DNA from: Macrostomum hystrix
Lineage: Eukaryota; Animalia; Platyhelminthes
DNA length: 64,000 nucleotides
NCBI GenBank assembly: GCA_950097015.1
Contig: CATNEN010000001.1
Span: 15,190,001 to 15,254,000 of the forward strand
Reading direction: 5' to 3'
The number at the start of each line of letters is the position of its first letter. Within the stretch, counting starts at the first letter, position 1. The position numbers and the translations under genes are program-made. The notes beneath the pieces are model-generated. The model had not been told where the DNA came from. It did no database searches and was given only the letters and a program-made list of their open reading frames with translations. Shown here one piece after another: positions 11,123 to 23,167 of the stretch.

Positions 11123-13043
11123 AATTTTTATATATTGTTGTATCATTGTATCGTTGTATCGTATCAATGTTGTATCATTGTTGTTGTGTTGTATACAAAT
11201 CATTAAATAAATAAATCAATATATGCTCAGTTAAAGAGTGAATATAAGCATGCCAAACTTAACTGGTGCCTACGAGAGTCAGTTCCGATGTCGCCGCATT
11301 AGAAATCAACTAATGCGAAACAAAAAATTTAAATGCTTTCACTGTCGATCAATTCTTTTCTTTGATCTCTTTCTGACTTGCTCATGCCATTTTAAAGAAC
11401 TGACTTACCTGTATTACGTATTACGTATTATGACTTACGTATTAACCTGGAAAGTCACCTAGAAAATTTTATCTTTACTCTGACTATGTCAGTACTATAT
11501 GGCTGTCGTCGGTGTCCCAATAGATTTGAGCACAGTTTATCGAGTCGGATTCAATTGAAAATCAATCTAGAAATGATTTCCTACACGACTGAGTTGGTTT
11601 CATGATTTCAAATGATTTCCACTCGAACTTATTAACCTGGAAAGTCACCTAGAAAATCCCGGGCTCCATGAGCAATGGGATATTGCATGCATGCGACTTT
11701 GCCAGTGCTATTTTTAGAGCAGCACATGAACAAACAGAGCTGGGAATTGCCGTTCGAGCTGAGCATGACAGCTAGGACTGATAAGAAGTTTCTAGAACGG
11801 AAATCAGCGGAGCGGGGATAGAGACGTTTTCAAGCACCGAAAATGTAAAGGAAAGACATGCGTTCACGCATGTACATGTTGGCAATAAAGCTATTTAGAA
11901 AGCAGCGAAAAGTGACGTACTGTCACAGTTTTAAAGCTCACCAGAACTCTAGAGCAGTGTCTCGTTGGCACATTGAGGATCTGGGATTGTTACCAACTGA
12001 GGATCTGGGTTTTCATTAAACTGAGCTTTAAATTTTTACATGTTGTATACCGACTGAACACATGCGGGATGATGGCTTAGTTCATTTCGTTGTTTCAAAC
12101 ATTTTAATTAACTAATACAAATCTTTAAACAAATATATGTCTATAAATATATGGTCAGTTAAAGAGTGACTAAGCATGCCAAACTTAACTGGTGCCTACG
12201 AGAGAAATCAACTAATGCGAAACTAAAAATTTAAACTCTTTCTGTCTCAAATCTTTTCTTTGATCTCTTTCTGACTTCTCATGCCATTAATGGCATTAAT
12301 GAAATTAATCGTAATTAAAATTTAAACATTCTACTACATCTCACTACCCCACTTCCCCTCACTCTACTGCATCTCACTACCACACTTTCTCTCACTCTAC
12401 TGCATCTCACTATCCCACTTCCTCTCACTCTACTGCATCTTACTACCACACTTCCTCTCACCCTACTGCTCTCCCTCTCACCCTACCTGATCCCCCTTTC
12501 ACCATACCTGCTCTCCATCTCACCCTACTGATCTCCCTCTCACCCTACTAATCTAGGGAATCTAGGGATTCTAGGGAAGGCACGGAATCGATTTTGGGAC
12601 CTCCCTTAATCCAGATTGATCTCGACGAATTTTGAGTCCCTATGCTCTATGATAAATGTAGAGGAAACTGAAAATTAGAAGCAACCATGTTAATTTATAT
12701 ACTAGCTAGCTATTATACTAAGTTGTCATGCAGAGTCATATAATTTCAGTCTACATGAGCAGGTCTTTCGGAAAGAATGAGCTATAGGATATGACTGAAA
12801 CAGTATCCTATCGTTTCTACTAATAGTAGCACATGGCGAATTAATCTTCCTGCAAATATTTTCGCATACGAAAAAAAGTTGGAAAATTTAGTAGAAAATT
12901 TCGAAAATGATGCAAACAATATTTCCAAATTTAAGAGCAACTAGACATGTTAAAGATGAAATAATATTTTTCTGCAACCATAAGTCACGTGTACTACACG
13001 AAAAGATAAAAAAACCGCGTAAAAAGTGATGTTTACAAAACCG

Positions 13044-13209
13044 TGCGCCTAGGCGGCGGGAGGCGTATAGGAAAATCACTATGCGCCCAGGCGGCGGGAG
13101 GCGTATAGCAAGGGCGTATAGGAAAATCACCATGCGCCCCGGCGCCGGCTGGGCGTATAGCGGGGCGCACGGCGCCCCACTCTGCGCCCCAAAAAGCTGT
13201 CCCACCGGG
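13044..13209. mobile_element. Putative DNA-transposon right terminus with GC-rich subterminal repeats, ending ...tgtcccaccGGG
   Basis: Repeated gcgcc(t/c)aggcggcgggaggcgtatag and ggcgtataggaaaatcac units end abruptly at GGG, then AT-rich DNA; partner TIR not in window. Confidence 0.45.
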
Positions 13210-15832
13210 ATTTTTTAGATTTTAGTTGAAATTGAAGGGAGTTGTGATTATGAGACATTGTTACGGTATGCTAATATTACTTGGATATACAGCTACATGC
13301 AAAGCTGCGGTCAGGAAGATCGGCCAGCTTGTAGTGTTAGTTATGAATATTTTAAGATGAAAATTCGGCTCAGATTTAGTCTACAGTCTGGAGAATATAG
13401 AAGTAATTCAAGATGGTTGCCATGGACGCGTGGCACTACCAGAAAAGTTAACGATCAACGCAAGTTGAGTTGTAAATTACTACTCATTACTACTTATATA
13501 TATTAAACGTCCTGGGACATGACGTTAAACTGTACCGAAGTAAGGAGGATAGAGTGATTTAACGTCCTGGAGGCAAGACGTTAAACTGCACGTAGCTATA
13601 AAGAGCGAATTATGTACCGAATTACGTCCTACAGCATTAACTTCATCGATTAACCCATCTTTGCAAGGCAATGATTGCGTCAAATAAATAGGAAAATTGA
13701 GCCTTGTCTAAGTCTAAGTCTTAGTTCTGTTCGCCGTGCTTTGAGAGTCATGTACCAATTATTGTCTTGAATTTATCAGTTTCCGCTGTCAAGAAAACAG
13801 TGAAGACCCCTACTCTACTCTTTTAGGAGGGGGGTGGTGAGAGTGTGTCAAGTTCGATTTTTAGTTGATTTTTGCTGTGCATTATTAATTTTTGTCGCCG
13901 CTTCAGTTATTGTAAAATACGTTTATTTTCTTGATTCTATCGCGACCGCTACGCTAAATACGCTTAATTTCAAATTGCTTTTGTGAATTTTTTTCCCGGA
14001 ATAACGCTCAGATATTTTTGTGAAGTTACTGCGTTCTTGTTTTGTTGCCGTGTGTCACAGTTGCATTGTCCCGTTGTTTGATGCTATTTGTCATTGCTTA
14101 ATTTCTTTGATTGTCGTTGCCATGGTGTGTCATTATGGAATTTCGTTCGGATTTCTTTGTTATTTTTACTCGCCGCGTTGTTACTGTTTCGTCCGCCGTG
14201 TTCGATTATTGTTTCCTATTGTTAGTTGCTTAATTGGTCAGATGCATTGCTTAGATGTTGCTCTGTTATTTCCTGCTGTGTTTAATGATTACTGCTTATT
14301 GCTTAGTTATTACTCTGCCGAGTTGCGACTGCTTTGTGTTGCTATTGCTCAGTTATTATTCGAATTGAATTTGACTCCTGAACTTTTTCATATATATTTT
14401 TCCCGATTTTTGCTTACATAGTCGTAATACTTAATTTCGCACGAATTCAAAATTTTTCGCTACCAATCTCTAACGCGAATTAATTCCTGATTTCCCTGCT
14501 GCTATTGAAACGATTGGTAGGACACCGACCCCGGTGAATAGTGAATAGTCGCTGGCTTTAAATTCCTCACGCTCCAGCTAGGACATTCATTTTATTACAG
14601 TGGCGAGCGGAGGTGAGTGTGCACAGGAAACCGCAGACCTCCCTACTCCCAAGCCCTCCCACAGACCTAGGGCAGCACTGACTCCACAGATTGCCTGGAG
14701 GCTGCTCAGCAGACTGCAGCACATCATTCTCCTCCAGCTAAAGGATGACGGTCAACACCGGCTGGCCGTCAGCCGCACATAATCAACAACTCACGTAAGT
14801 ACCTTTTTATTTCAAAATCAACAAACAGAAACATCAAGCTACAAAAAATTAAGATCAAGCAATTTAAACCACGAATCGAAGAAAACAAAACACACGAATA
14901 GAACAAAAGATCACTCATGGCGCGTACTGTATAAGAAACATCAGGCAAACAAAACGAAATAAAAAGGGCAGAGGTTCATAATTCGAACCGCGCCAGGCCA
15001 CACCCTACTTTCGAAACAAACAAACAAAAAGGGCGACTTTTACAACCGGAGCCTACCAGCACCTCCTGGCCCCGGGCGGCACTTGCCAGCGATTCGGCTA
15101 TAAACTGAGTGGCGGCCTCGTGGTCAGCTGCCCTGCCTTGCCATTGCGCGCGTCGTTGCCTCCGCCGCTGCGTTCCTCACCTGCGTCGCCTCGGGCGGGC
15201 CGCCGCGCCTATTTCTTCCAGGCTATCCCCCGATGACGATTCTTGCGGCGGGGGCAGCTCGACGACGGGTGGTGCCGCCGGTCCCACGGCTTCTAGTTCA
15301 TCACACGGGTCGGAGTCTGGATCCGACATGCCTTCATCATCTGAAGACATGCCTTCTCGCAGCTCCGCCCATAAGTCTTCGGTGGGATCCACCTGGGCCT
15401 CGTCGGACCCGCTGCTATCGCTGCTTGATACCGGCCGCCGTACCTGGACCGCGACTTCAGCCGTGCCTACCGCTGCCTGAGTTCCCCTATTCTTCTTGGG
15501 CGCTGGTTCTTGGGGACACGGCGCCTTGGCTAGCCTCTTCTGGGGCTGCTGTGCGTGGGGTAGAGGGCATAAAGTGTCGATGCCAATTCGGCGAGCGCTG
15601 ACCCAACGGAAAGAGCGCACTATAGCCAAATTGACTCCTTAAAATTTCAATGCGCTTACTCACCTCTATCGGCGCATCGATTCTCCTCACAATCCCCATC
15701 AGCCGTGGGCGCGTCGGCACCCTCTCTCCTGGCTGTTGGTTCTCCTCATCTTCCATCTCTTCCCTTTTTCTTTTATTTTCTTCTTGTAATGTATTCCAAG
15801 TTTAAAGGCTACAACTAAGAAAGGCAGATGTT

Positions 15833-17260
15833 TGCAGTGGAACGTAAGATAGGACGTTATGCCTTAGCGGTCGCGCCCGGCTAAGACTTCTGGGCTTGAG
15901 TGACTGTATTTATGTGTCAGTATTAACCATAGACAAGAGGATATTATATGCGCTCTATATTAGGGGCTTTGCTCTAAAGTCTAAGTAACAAGTATGTAAG
16001 TTAACGGTGCTGAAGCTTAATAACGCTTGAAACTAGAACTGCTGCTGCTACAAATACCCCCCCTCCCAAAGGCAGGTAAGGGGATAACTCATGAAGCATA
16101 TAGGATCATAAGCAATGTCAAGCAAACACACCTGCGCGCGATAGGGAGCAAACGTCAGTGTCAATGGGGTACAATTTACGCATAGTTAAGTATATCTATG
16201 CAGATAGATATGCAGAAGTATATCGGGATGCTTCTCGCCAAGCTTCGGAACAGGAACTCACTGAAACATATTAGGTAGGCCATACATTGCTCTTACTTAC
16301 TTACTTTGCAGGGGGGCCTGGGGCACTTGACGCACAAACACAGGAACGGCATGCCCCCAGGCCGACGAACTAGGCGAGAGCCGCCCATCGCGCCGCCTCC
16401 CCTGAGCAGGCACCTCACACACACAGCAGCAAGCCAAGCGGGGAAGGGGGCGGCAGCCGGAGTGCCTCTCACCCCAGGCCCGCACACGCACATAGCAGAC
16501 CAAGCCGGGCGGAAGAAATCAGTCCTCAGGGTGGGGGCTGGTGACGAGTGTACACTTTATCCAATCGCGCTGACGGAAAATCCAGATGAGCGCGCGGCGG
16601 TGTACACCCGCCCCCCAGCCACCCCCCGCAAGGTCTAACGCCCCAGCGCCAACGCACATAACTCATACAACGCAGAACAGGCACACAGAAAGGTAGGAGC
16701 GAAGCTATTTTTCAAGCTTTGACTGCATGAAATATGGTGCACCTCCGCCGGTCGCTACTGTCCAACCCCCCCAACAAGTACCGAAATTAATCGTGACCTG
16801 AAGGGTGAATCGAACTAGCGTCCTTTGGAGTGCGAGGCAGCGACGTTAGCCGCTGACCCCCCTCGCCCCTTCAGGAACAGGAACTCACTGAAACATTGTA
16901 GGTAGGCCATACATTGCTCTAACAAAGTAGGATTTCCTGCTAGGATCTACCTGTAGCCTCTCGGGCTCTCGCCTAGCTCTCTGCGACCTCTGCAGCGGCT
17001 CTTGATCACTAGCCTCACCTGCTTCCTGGTTCTGAGCAGCCTACCTTACACCTTCAGCCCTAACGACATCTGCAACTTCCCCGTGCACAGAGGGCGGGAT
17101 AGGGGACGGGATTGGCGAGGGCGACGGACTGTCCGACAGCTGGACAACCACATCACCTGGTACTTCTCCCGCCTCTTCTTCATTGCAGACATCGTAGTCT
17201 GCCGGCTCCTGTAGACTCGACCCAGAGGCAGCCCACGGTCGCATGTGCCACCGGCGTGCG
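15833..17260 (-). mobile_element. Ty3/Gypsy 3' remnant: pol C-terminal tail, PPT and ~220-bp 3' LTR (15833-16052)
   Basis: RRWHMRP...LQRSQRARREPERL post-integrase-type tail; PPT gggagggggggta, then TGTAGCAG...CCACTGCA. Confidence 0.6.
16294..16868 (-). mobile_element. tRNA-derived SINE with (AAGT)n tail and ~50-bp flanking duplication
   Basis: Head with B-box GTTCGATTC (16807-16815); tail aagtaagtaagtaag; direct repeats 16243-16293 and 16869-16920. Confidence 0.75.
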
Positions 17261-17510
17261 CTTCTTCTTCTTCTTGCTTTTTATCGCCTTTCGGCATAGC
17301 TCACCGGGAGTCCCTTACTCCAGCTCTTACGCTTCGCAGCTGCGTAGGTGGCGTGCCATGTTGGTGGCTGCCAGGAGGCGCCCGCACGATGGGAAGGCCT
17401 TTCGGATGCCTTTGTACACACGCGCCACCGACGCCGGTTCCGGCTGAGTGTCGTGGCACGCCCTCGCGTGTCTGGCGAAGTTGGACGTGCTGTACCACCT
17501 GCCGCATACC
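17261..17510 (-). mobile_element. 3' end of an RTE-like LINE (Zn-finger C-terminus, stop, (AAG)n tail)
   Basis: Unlisted frame VCGRWYSTSNFARHARACH...PSCGRLLAATNMARHLRSCEA* (stop 17327-17329); tail caagaagaagaagaag. Confidence 0.7.
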
Positions 17511-17514
17511 TAAA

Positions 17515-17915
17515 TCTGTACAACTATCTATCTATCTATCCGGGCAATCGATTTTCTCGAAAACGGCTTATCCGATTTGCTTCAAACTTGCTTCATTAGA
17601 CTGGAAATTTCCTGGAAACGGTACACAACTTTTTTGGTTGAAATAGCTTCGTTCCAAAGGGATTAAATATTCGAAAAACATCTTTTTTGGCCGAGTTTTT
17701 TAAAGGTCAAACCTGCTTGGCTGCTCTGGCTTGCTAAAATTTGGCATTTCATTAGATTGCATCAGTGCCCAATGCATTCTCTCTTACCCTTGTGCTATAG
17801 GCTAAAATGAATGCAAGCCAATCAATGTACATATGTGTGTGTACCTTTTCTGGCTTCCAATTGAATTGAATGTTAGATCAGAAGGCCTGCGCAGTGCGCA
17901 GGCACTTTCTACTAG
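17515..17915 (+). mobile_element. Short non-autonomous Helitron (family 2)
   Basis: 5' TC/(tcta)n; 3' hairpin gcctgcgca-g-tgcgcaggc followed by CTAG|T. Confidence 0.75.
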
Positions 17916-18642
17916 TCTTCCAATATACTAAAATTCAAAACTATATTTCTATCTATATATATATACGACAAATTAATCTAATATACTAAAAATGAAAATC
18001 TTTCTTAATATACTAAAAATGAAAATCTTGCTTGTTTGTCTATCTTCTACTATACTAAAAATGAAATGCTTGGTTGGTTGGTTGTAATTGATTTTCTTCC
18101 AAACGGCTCAACCGATTTTCACCATTTCTTCACCAAAAGATGCTAAATATGGGGACAATTATACACGTATTTTTATTAAGCTTAACTTTATTGCTAAAGG
18201 GATTAAATATTCGAAAAACATGATTTTTCAAAGGTCAAACCATCTTGGCCTATTGAGAATTTTACTCACTGCCACTGAATTAGAATTGCATCGTCAAATT
18301 GCGCAACAACCCCTAGCTGATTGAATTTGAAGCCTGCACTCTGGAGACAAATTGGAAATAAATGTACACAACCAACCGCAAGACTGAGTGTACTCTATTT
18401 TCTTACTTCATTGTACAAAGCCAGAACTTTGAGAATTCATTTTATAAGGCTGATTTTTGCACCCACTAACCAACAGTCGGAATAGCCTATGTGTAGGCAC
18501 TAGGAATATGTTAGGCTAGGCTAGGGTTCGATTCTGCACTGCATCAAATCTTTTAGACTAATTTTCAGCCAGTAGTGATTGAAGACTATTTTATATTATT
18601 TTTTTCATTTCGTAAATAAAATATCATAAATCATAGCACACC

Positions 18643-20164
18643 GGCTAAAACAGAGTTTGAATCATGGCTAAACCAGAGTCTGAATCATGGCTAAACCAGA
18701 GTCTGAATCATGGCTAAACCAGAGTCTGAATCATGGCTAAACCAGAGTCTGAATCATGGCTAAACCAGAGTCTGAATCATGGCTAAACCAGAGTCTGAAT
18801 CATGGCTAAACCAGAGTCTGAATCATGGCTAAACCAGAGTCTGAATCATGGCTAAACCAGAGTCTGAATCAAGGTTAAACAGAGTCTGGATCATGGCTAC
18901 ACCAGAGTCTGAATCATGGCTAAACCAGAGTTTGAATCATGGCTAAACCAGAGTCTGAATCATGGCTAAACCAGAGTTTGAATCATAGCTAAACCAGAGT
19001 CTGAATCATGGCTAAACCAGAGTCTGAATCATGGCTACACCAGAGTCTGAATCATAGCTAAACCAGAGTCTGAATCATGGCTAAACCAGATTCAGAATCA
19101 TGGCTAAACCAGAGTCTGAATCATGGCTAAACCAGAGTTTGAATCATAGCTAAACCAGAGTCTGAATCATGGCTACACCAGAGTCTGAATCATGGCTAAA
19201 CCAGAGTTTGAATCATGGCTAAACCAGAGTCTGAATCATGGCTAAACCAGAGTCTGAATCATGGCTAAACCAGAGTCTGAATCATGGCTAAACCAGAGTC
19301 TGAATCAAGGTTAAACAGAGTCTGGATCATGGCTACACCAGAGTCTGAATCATGGCTAAACCAGAGTTTGAATCATGGCTAAACCAGAGTCTGAATCATG
19401 GCTAAACCAGAGTTTGAATCATAGCTAAACCAGAGTCTGAATCATGGCTAAACCAGAGTCTGAATCATGGCTACACCAGAGTCTGAATCATAGCTAAACC
19501 AGAGTCTGAATCATGGCTAAACCAGATTCAGAATCATGGCTAAACCAGAGTCTGAATCATGGCTAAACCAGAGTTTGAATCATAGCTAAACCAGAGTCTG
19601 AATCATGGCTACACCAGAGTCTGAATCATGGCTAAACCAGAGTTTGAATCATAGCTAAACCAGAGTCTGAATCATGGCTAAACCAGAGTCTGAATCATGG
19701 CTACACCAGAGTCTGAATCATGGCTACACCAGAGTCTGAATCATAGCTAAACCGGAGTCTGATTCATGGCTACACCAGAGTCTGAATCATGGCTCATAGC
19801 TAAACCAGAGTTTGAATCATAGCTAAACCAGAGTCTGAATCATGGCTACACCAGAGTCTGAATCATGGCTCATAGCTAAACCAGAGTCTGAATCATGGCT
19901 AAACCAGAGTCTGAATCATGGCTACACCAGAGTCTGAATCATGGCTAAACCAGAGTTTAAATCATAGCTAAACCAGCGTCTGAATCATGGCTAAACCAGA
20001 GTTTGAATCATAGCTAAACCAGCGTCTGAATCATGGCTAAACTAGATTCTGAATCATGGCTAAACCAGAGTTTGAATCATGGCTAAACCAGAGTTTTAAT
20101 CATGGCAAAACCAGAGTTTGAATCATGGCTAACCCAGCGTTTGAATCATTGCTAAACCAGAACT
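18643..20164 (+). repeat. 23-bp satellite ggctaaaccagagtctgaatcat
   Basis: Tandem array. Confidence 0.98.
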
Positions 20165-21212
20165 GGTGGATAATCGTCAACTGGGGGATCATGGTAAACT
20201 GGGGGATAATTGTCAACTGGGGGATCATTGTCAACTGGAGGATCATTGGCCACTGGGGGATAATTGTCAACTGGGGGATAATTGTCAACTGGGGAGTCAT
20301 CATCAAATGCGGGATCATGGTTAACTGGGGGATAATTGTCAACTGGGGGATCATTGTCAACTGGGATCACCATCAATGGGGGATCATAGTCAACTGAGAG
20401 ATAATTGTCGACTGGGGGATAATCGTCAACTGGGGGATCATGGTCAACTGGAGGATCATTGTCAACGGGGGGATAATTGTCAACTGGGGGATAATTGTCA
20501 ACTGGGGAGTCATCATCAAATGCGGGATCATGGTTAACTGGGGGATAATTGTCAACTGGGGGATCATTGTCAACTGGGAGATCATTGTCAATGTCAACTG
20601 AGGGATCATTGTCAACTGGGGATCATTGTCAACTGGGGGTTTATCATCACCCGGAGGATCATTGTGAACTGGGGGGATCATTGTCAACTTGTTGATCATC
20701 ATCAACTGGGGGATCATTGTCAACTGGGGATCATTGTCAACTGGGGGTTTATCATCACCCGGAGGATCATTGTGAACTGGGGGGATCATTGTCAACTTGT
20801 TGATCATCATCAACTGGGGGATCATTGTCAACTGTGGGAACATTGTCAACTGGGGGAACGTTGTCAACTGGAGATTATCATCAATGGGGAGTCATCATTA
20901 ACTGGGGGATCATTGTCAACTGCGTGATCATCATCAATTGGGGGATTATTGTCAACTCGGGGATCATTGTCAGCTGTGGGAACATTGTCAACTGGGGATC
21001 ATCATCAATGGGGAGTCATCATTAACTGGGGGATCATTGTCAACTGCGTGATCATCATCAATTGAGGGATTATTGTCAACTGGGGGATCATAATCAACTG
21101 CGTGATCATCATCAATTGGGGGATTATTGTCAACGGGGGGATCATTGTCAACTGGGGGATCATTGTCAACTGGGGGATTATTGTCAACTGGGGGATCATT
21201 GTCAACTGATCA
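20165..21212 (+). repeat. 18-bp satellite gtcaactgggggatcatt
   Basis: Tandem array. Confidence 0.98.
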
Positions 21213-21986
21213 TTGTAGCGTAAAAAGGCTGAAAATGCAGCTGCTAAAAAGTGTATACTGGACGAAATCAAAATATTTCTGCTCCCCGAAGGGGGGCAAA
21301 ACTTGCTGAACTGAACACTAATAAATTCAAATTAGATGGGATCACAATGGAATTGGGATCAGGGATTACCTAGGCAAAATGATTAGCTAAATTGGGTTCA
21401 TTGCATAACAGAACTGAGATCGTTGCTTAGCTAAATTGTGTTTGTGGCATAACAGAACTGAGCATAACAGATCCCAATCCTAAATTCACAGAATCTCTTA
21501 GATCCCAATGCTAAATTCAGAGAATCTCTTAGATCCCAATGCTAAATTCAGAGAATGCAATTCTTGCAGTCAAATGCAATGAACTGTGCAATGATACTGT
21601 CTTGTTGGCGGAGCAATCTGCGAATTCATCATCTCTACTGTCCTTGTAAGTAAGTATTCACAAAGCAATTATTAAACTCATCAGTTGTCATTGAATTCCC
21701 TTATTTATAATATGTTATTTTGCATACTTTCATGTGGATGTTTGTTTAGTTAAAAACTTTCAATTAAGCTCCAAAACTTCATTTTAGGTTCTAAATTGAT
21801 CATAGCAATGAGCTGTGTCAGTTAAGTTTCTTATTTTCATTTAGGAGTAAGAAAAAGCAACACGAAACACTTATTTATCCAGTAAACAGAATTATTTATT
21901 TTATTTATTTAGAATTCTTTAAATTCTCAAACATAAATAAAAAAATCAAGAAATCATATCAAGTTAATTCCACAAACAAATTGAAT

Positions 21987-22351
<365 letters not shown>

Positions 22352-23167
22352 TTGTGGAACAGTGGAGTTATACAGTGGAACTATACAGTGGAAATTATAC
22401 GAGCGTGTCGTACGCTCACTCTGGTTTATATACGCTCACTCATGTCAAGCAAGGATTAGCGAGATTGGTTTGAAAACCTTGCTAACGAAATGAAACTCAT
22501 TTCATTTTTTAAAGCCCGTTTCAGCTTAGGCAAAAATGAATACCAGCTTAGGGCCACCCCCAACCCCAGTTAAAATCGTGTGAGGCTTCATTGGTGAGCG
22601 TCATGAGGCTTTAGCTGTTTGTGATTACTGAAAAGTCGCACTAGGTTGGGGCTTGCACTGGCAGTTTAATGAAATCACTTTAGTTGAGTACAAAGTTTAC
22701 TGCTATTGGCTGACTTGAAACCCTCTATTTTTAGCCACGTTAGCCACACGCCGCACTGGCTTCCCAATTACAGTGTACATTTAAGATCTTTTTTGTGTCC
22801 TATTATTGAAGTGTGTCGAAAACAGATTGCATAACAAGTCGCACCACACTCGACTCTGACACCCCACACAGTGTACATAAAGAAAGAACGTAAAAGCTAA
22901 GGCAATCACCAGCCAATCCACAACAAGTAGCCCAGTGGGTGGATTAGAACAAAACTCTCTCTGATTGGTTAGCCAGATCTAAATTGATCTTTACATGGCA
23001 CCCTCTATTGGCATGAGTCATCACAGTTAGGGTTGTCCGAAACGAAATGCTGCAATATAAACTGGCACAATTGGCCTTGATGCTAAAACTATCAAACCAC
23101 AAACCGTAAAGACCTTATCAGTGAAATTTTTATAATCCATATTTTTGGCAACTATCAATCGAGCAAT

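Larger units (their letters stand above)
18043..21308 (+). mobile_element. Non-autonomous Helitron family 1, copy A, with 23-bp and 18-bp satellites; 3' CTAG damaged
   Basis: 5' TC..tatactaaaaatgaaatg; 3' ccccgaagggggg hairpin then caaaacttgctGA; ends shared with other copies. Confidence 0.85.

Noticed and set aside
13506-13590. Twin aacgtc...gacgttaaac hairpins as ribozyme/ncRNA
   Set aside because: No hammerhead core (CTGANGA/GAAA); more likely retroelement tail remnants
13825-14612. Possible LTR (PPT-like aggagggggg, PBS-like TGGCGAGCGG at 14601)
   Set aside because: No matching termini or second copy; the site reads equally well as a 12-nt micro-exon (ag...gtgagt)
20100-21309. (LTMIPQ)n/(IVNWGI)n ORFs, also at 39906-41465
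   Set aside because: Translations of the 18-bp satellite
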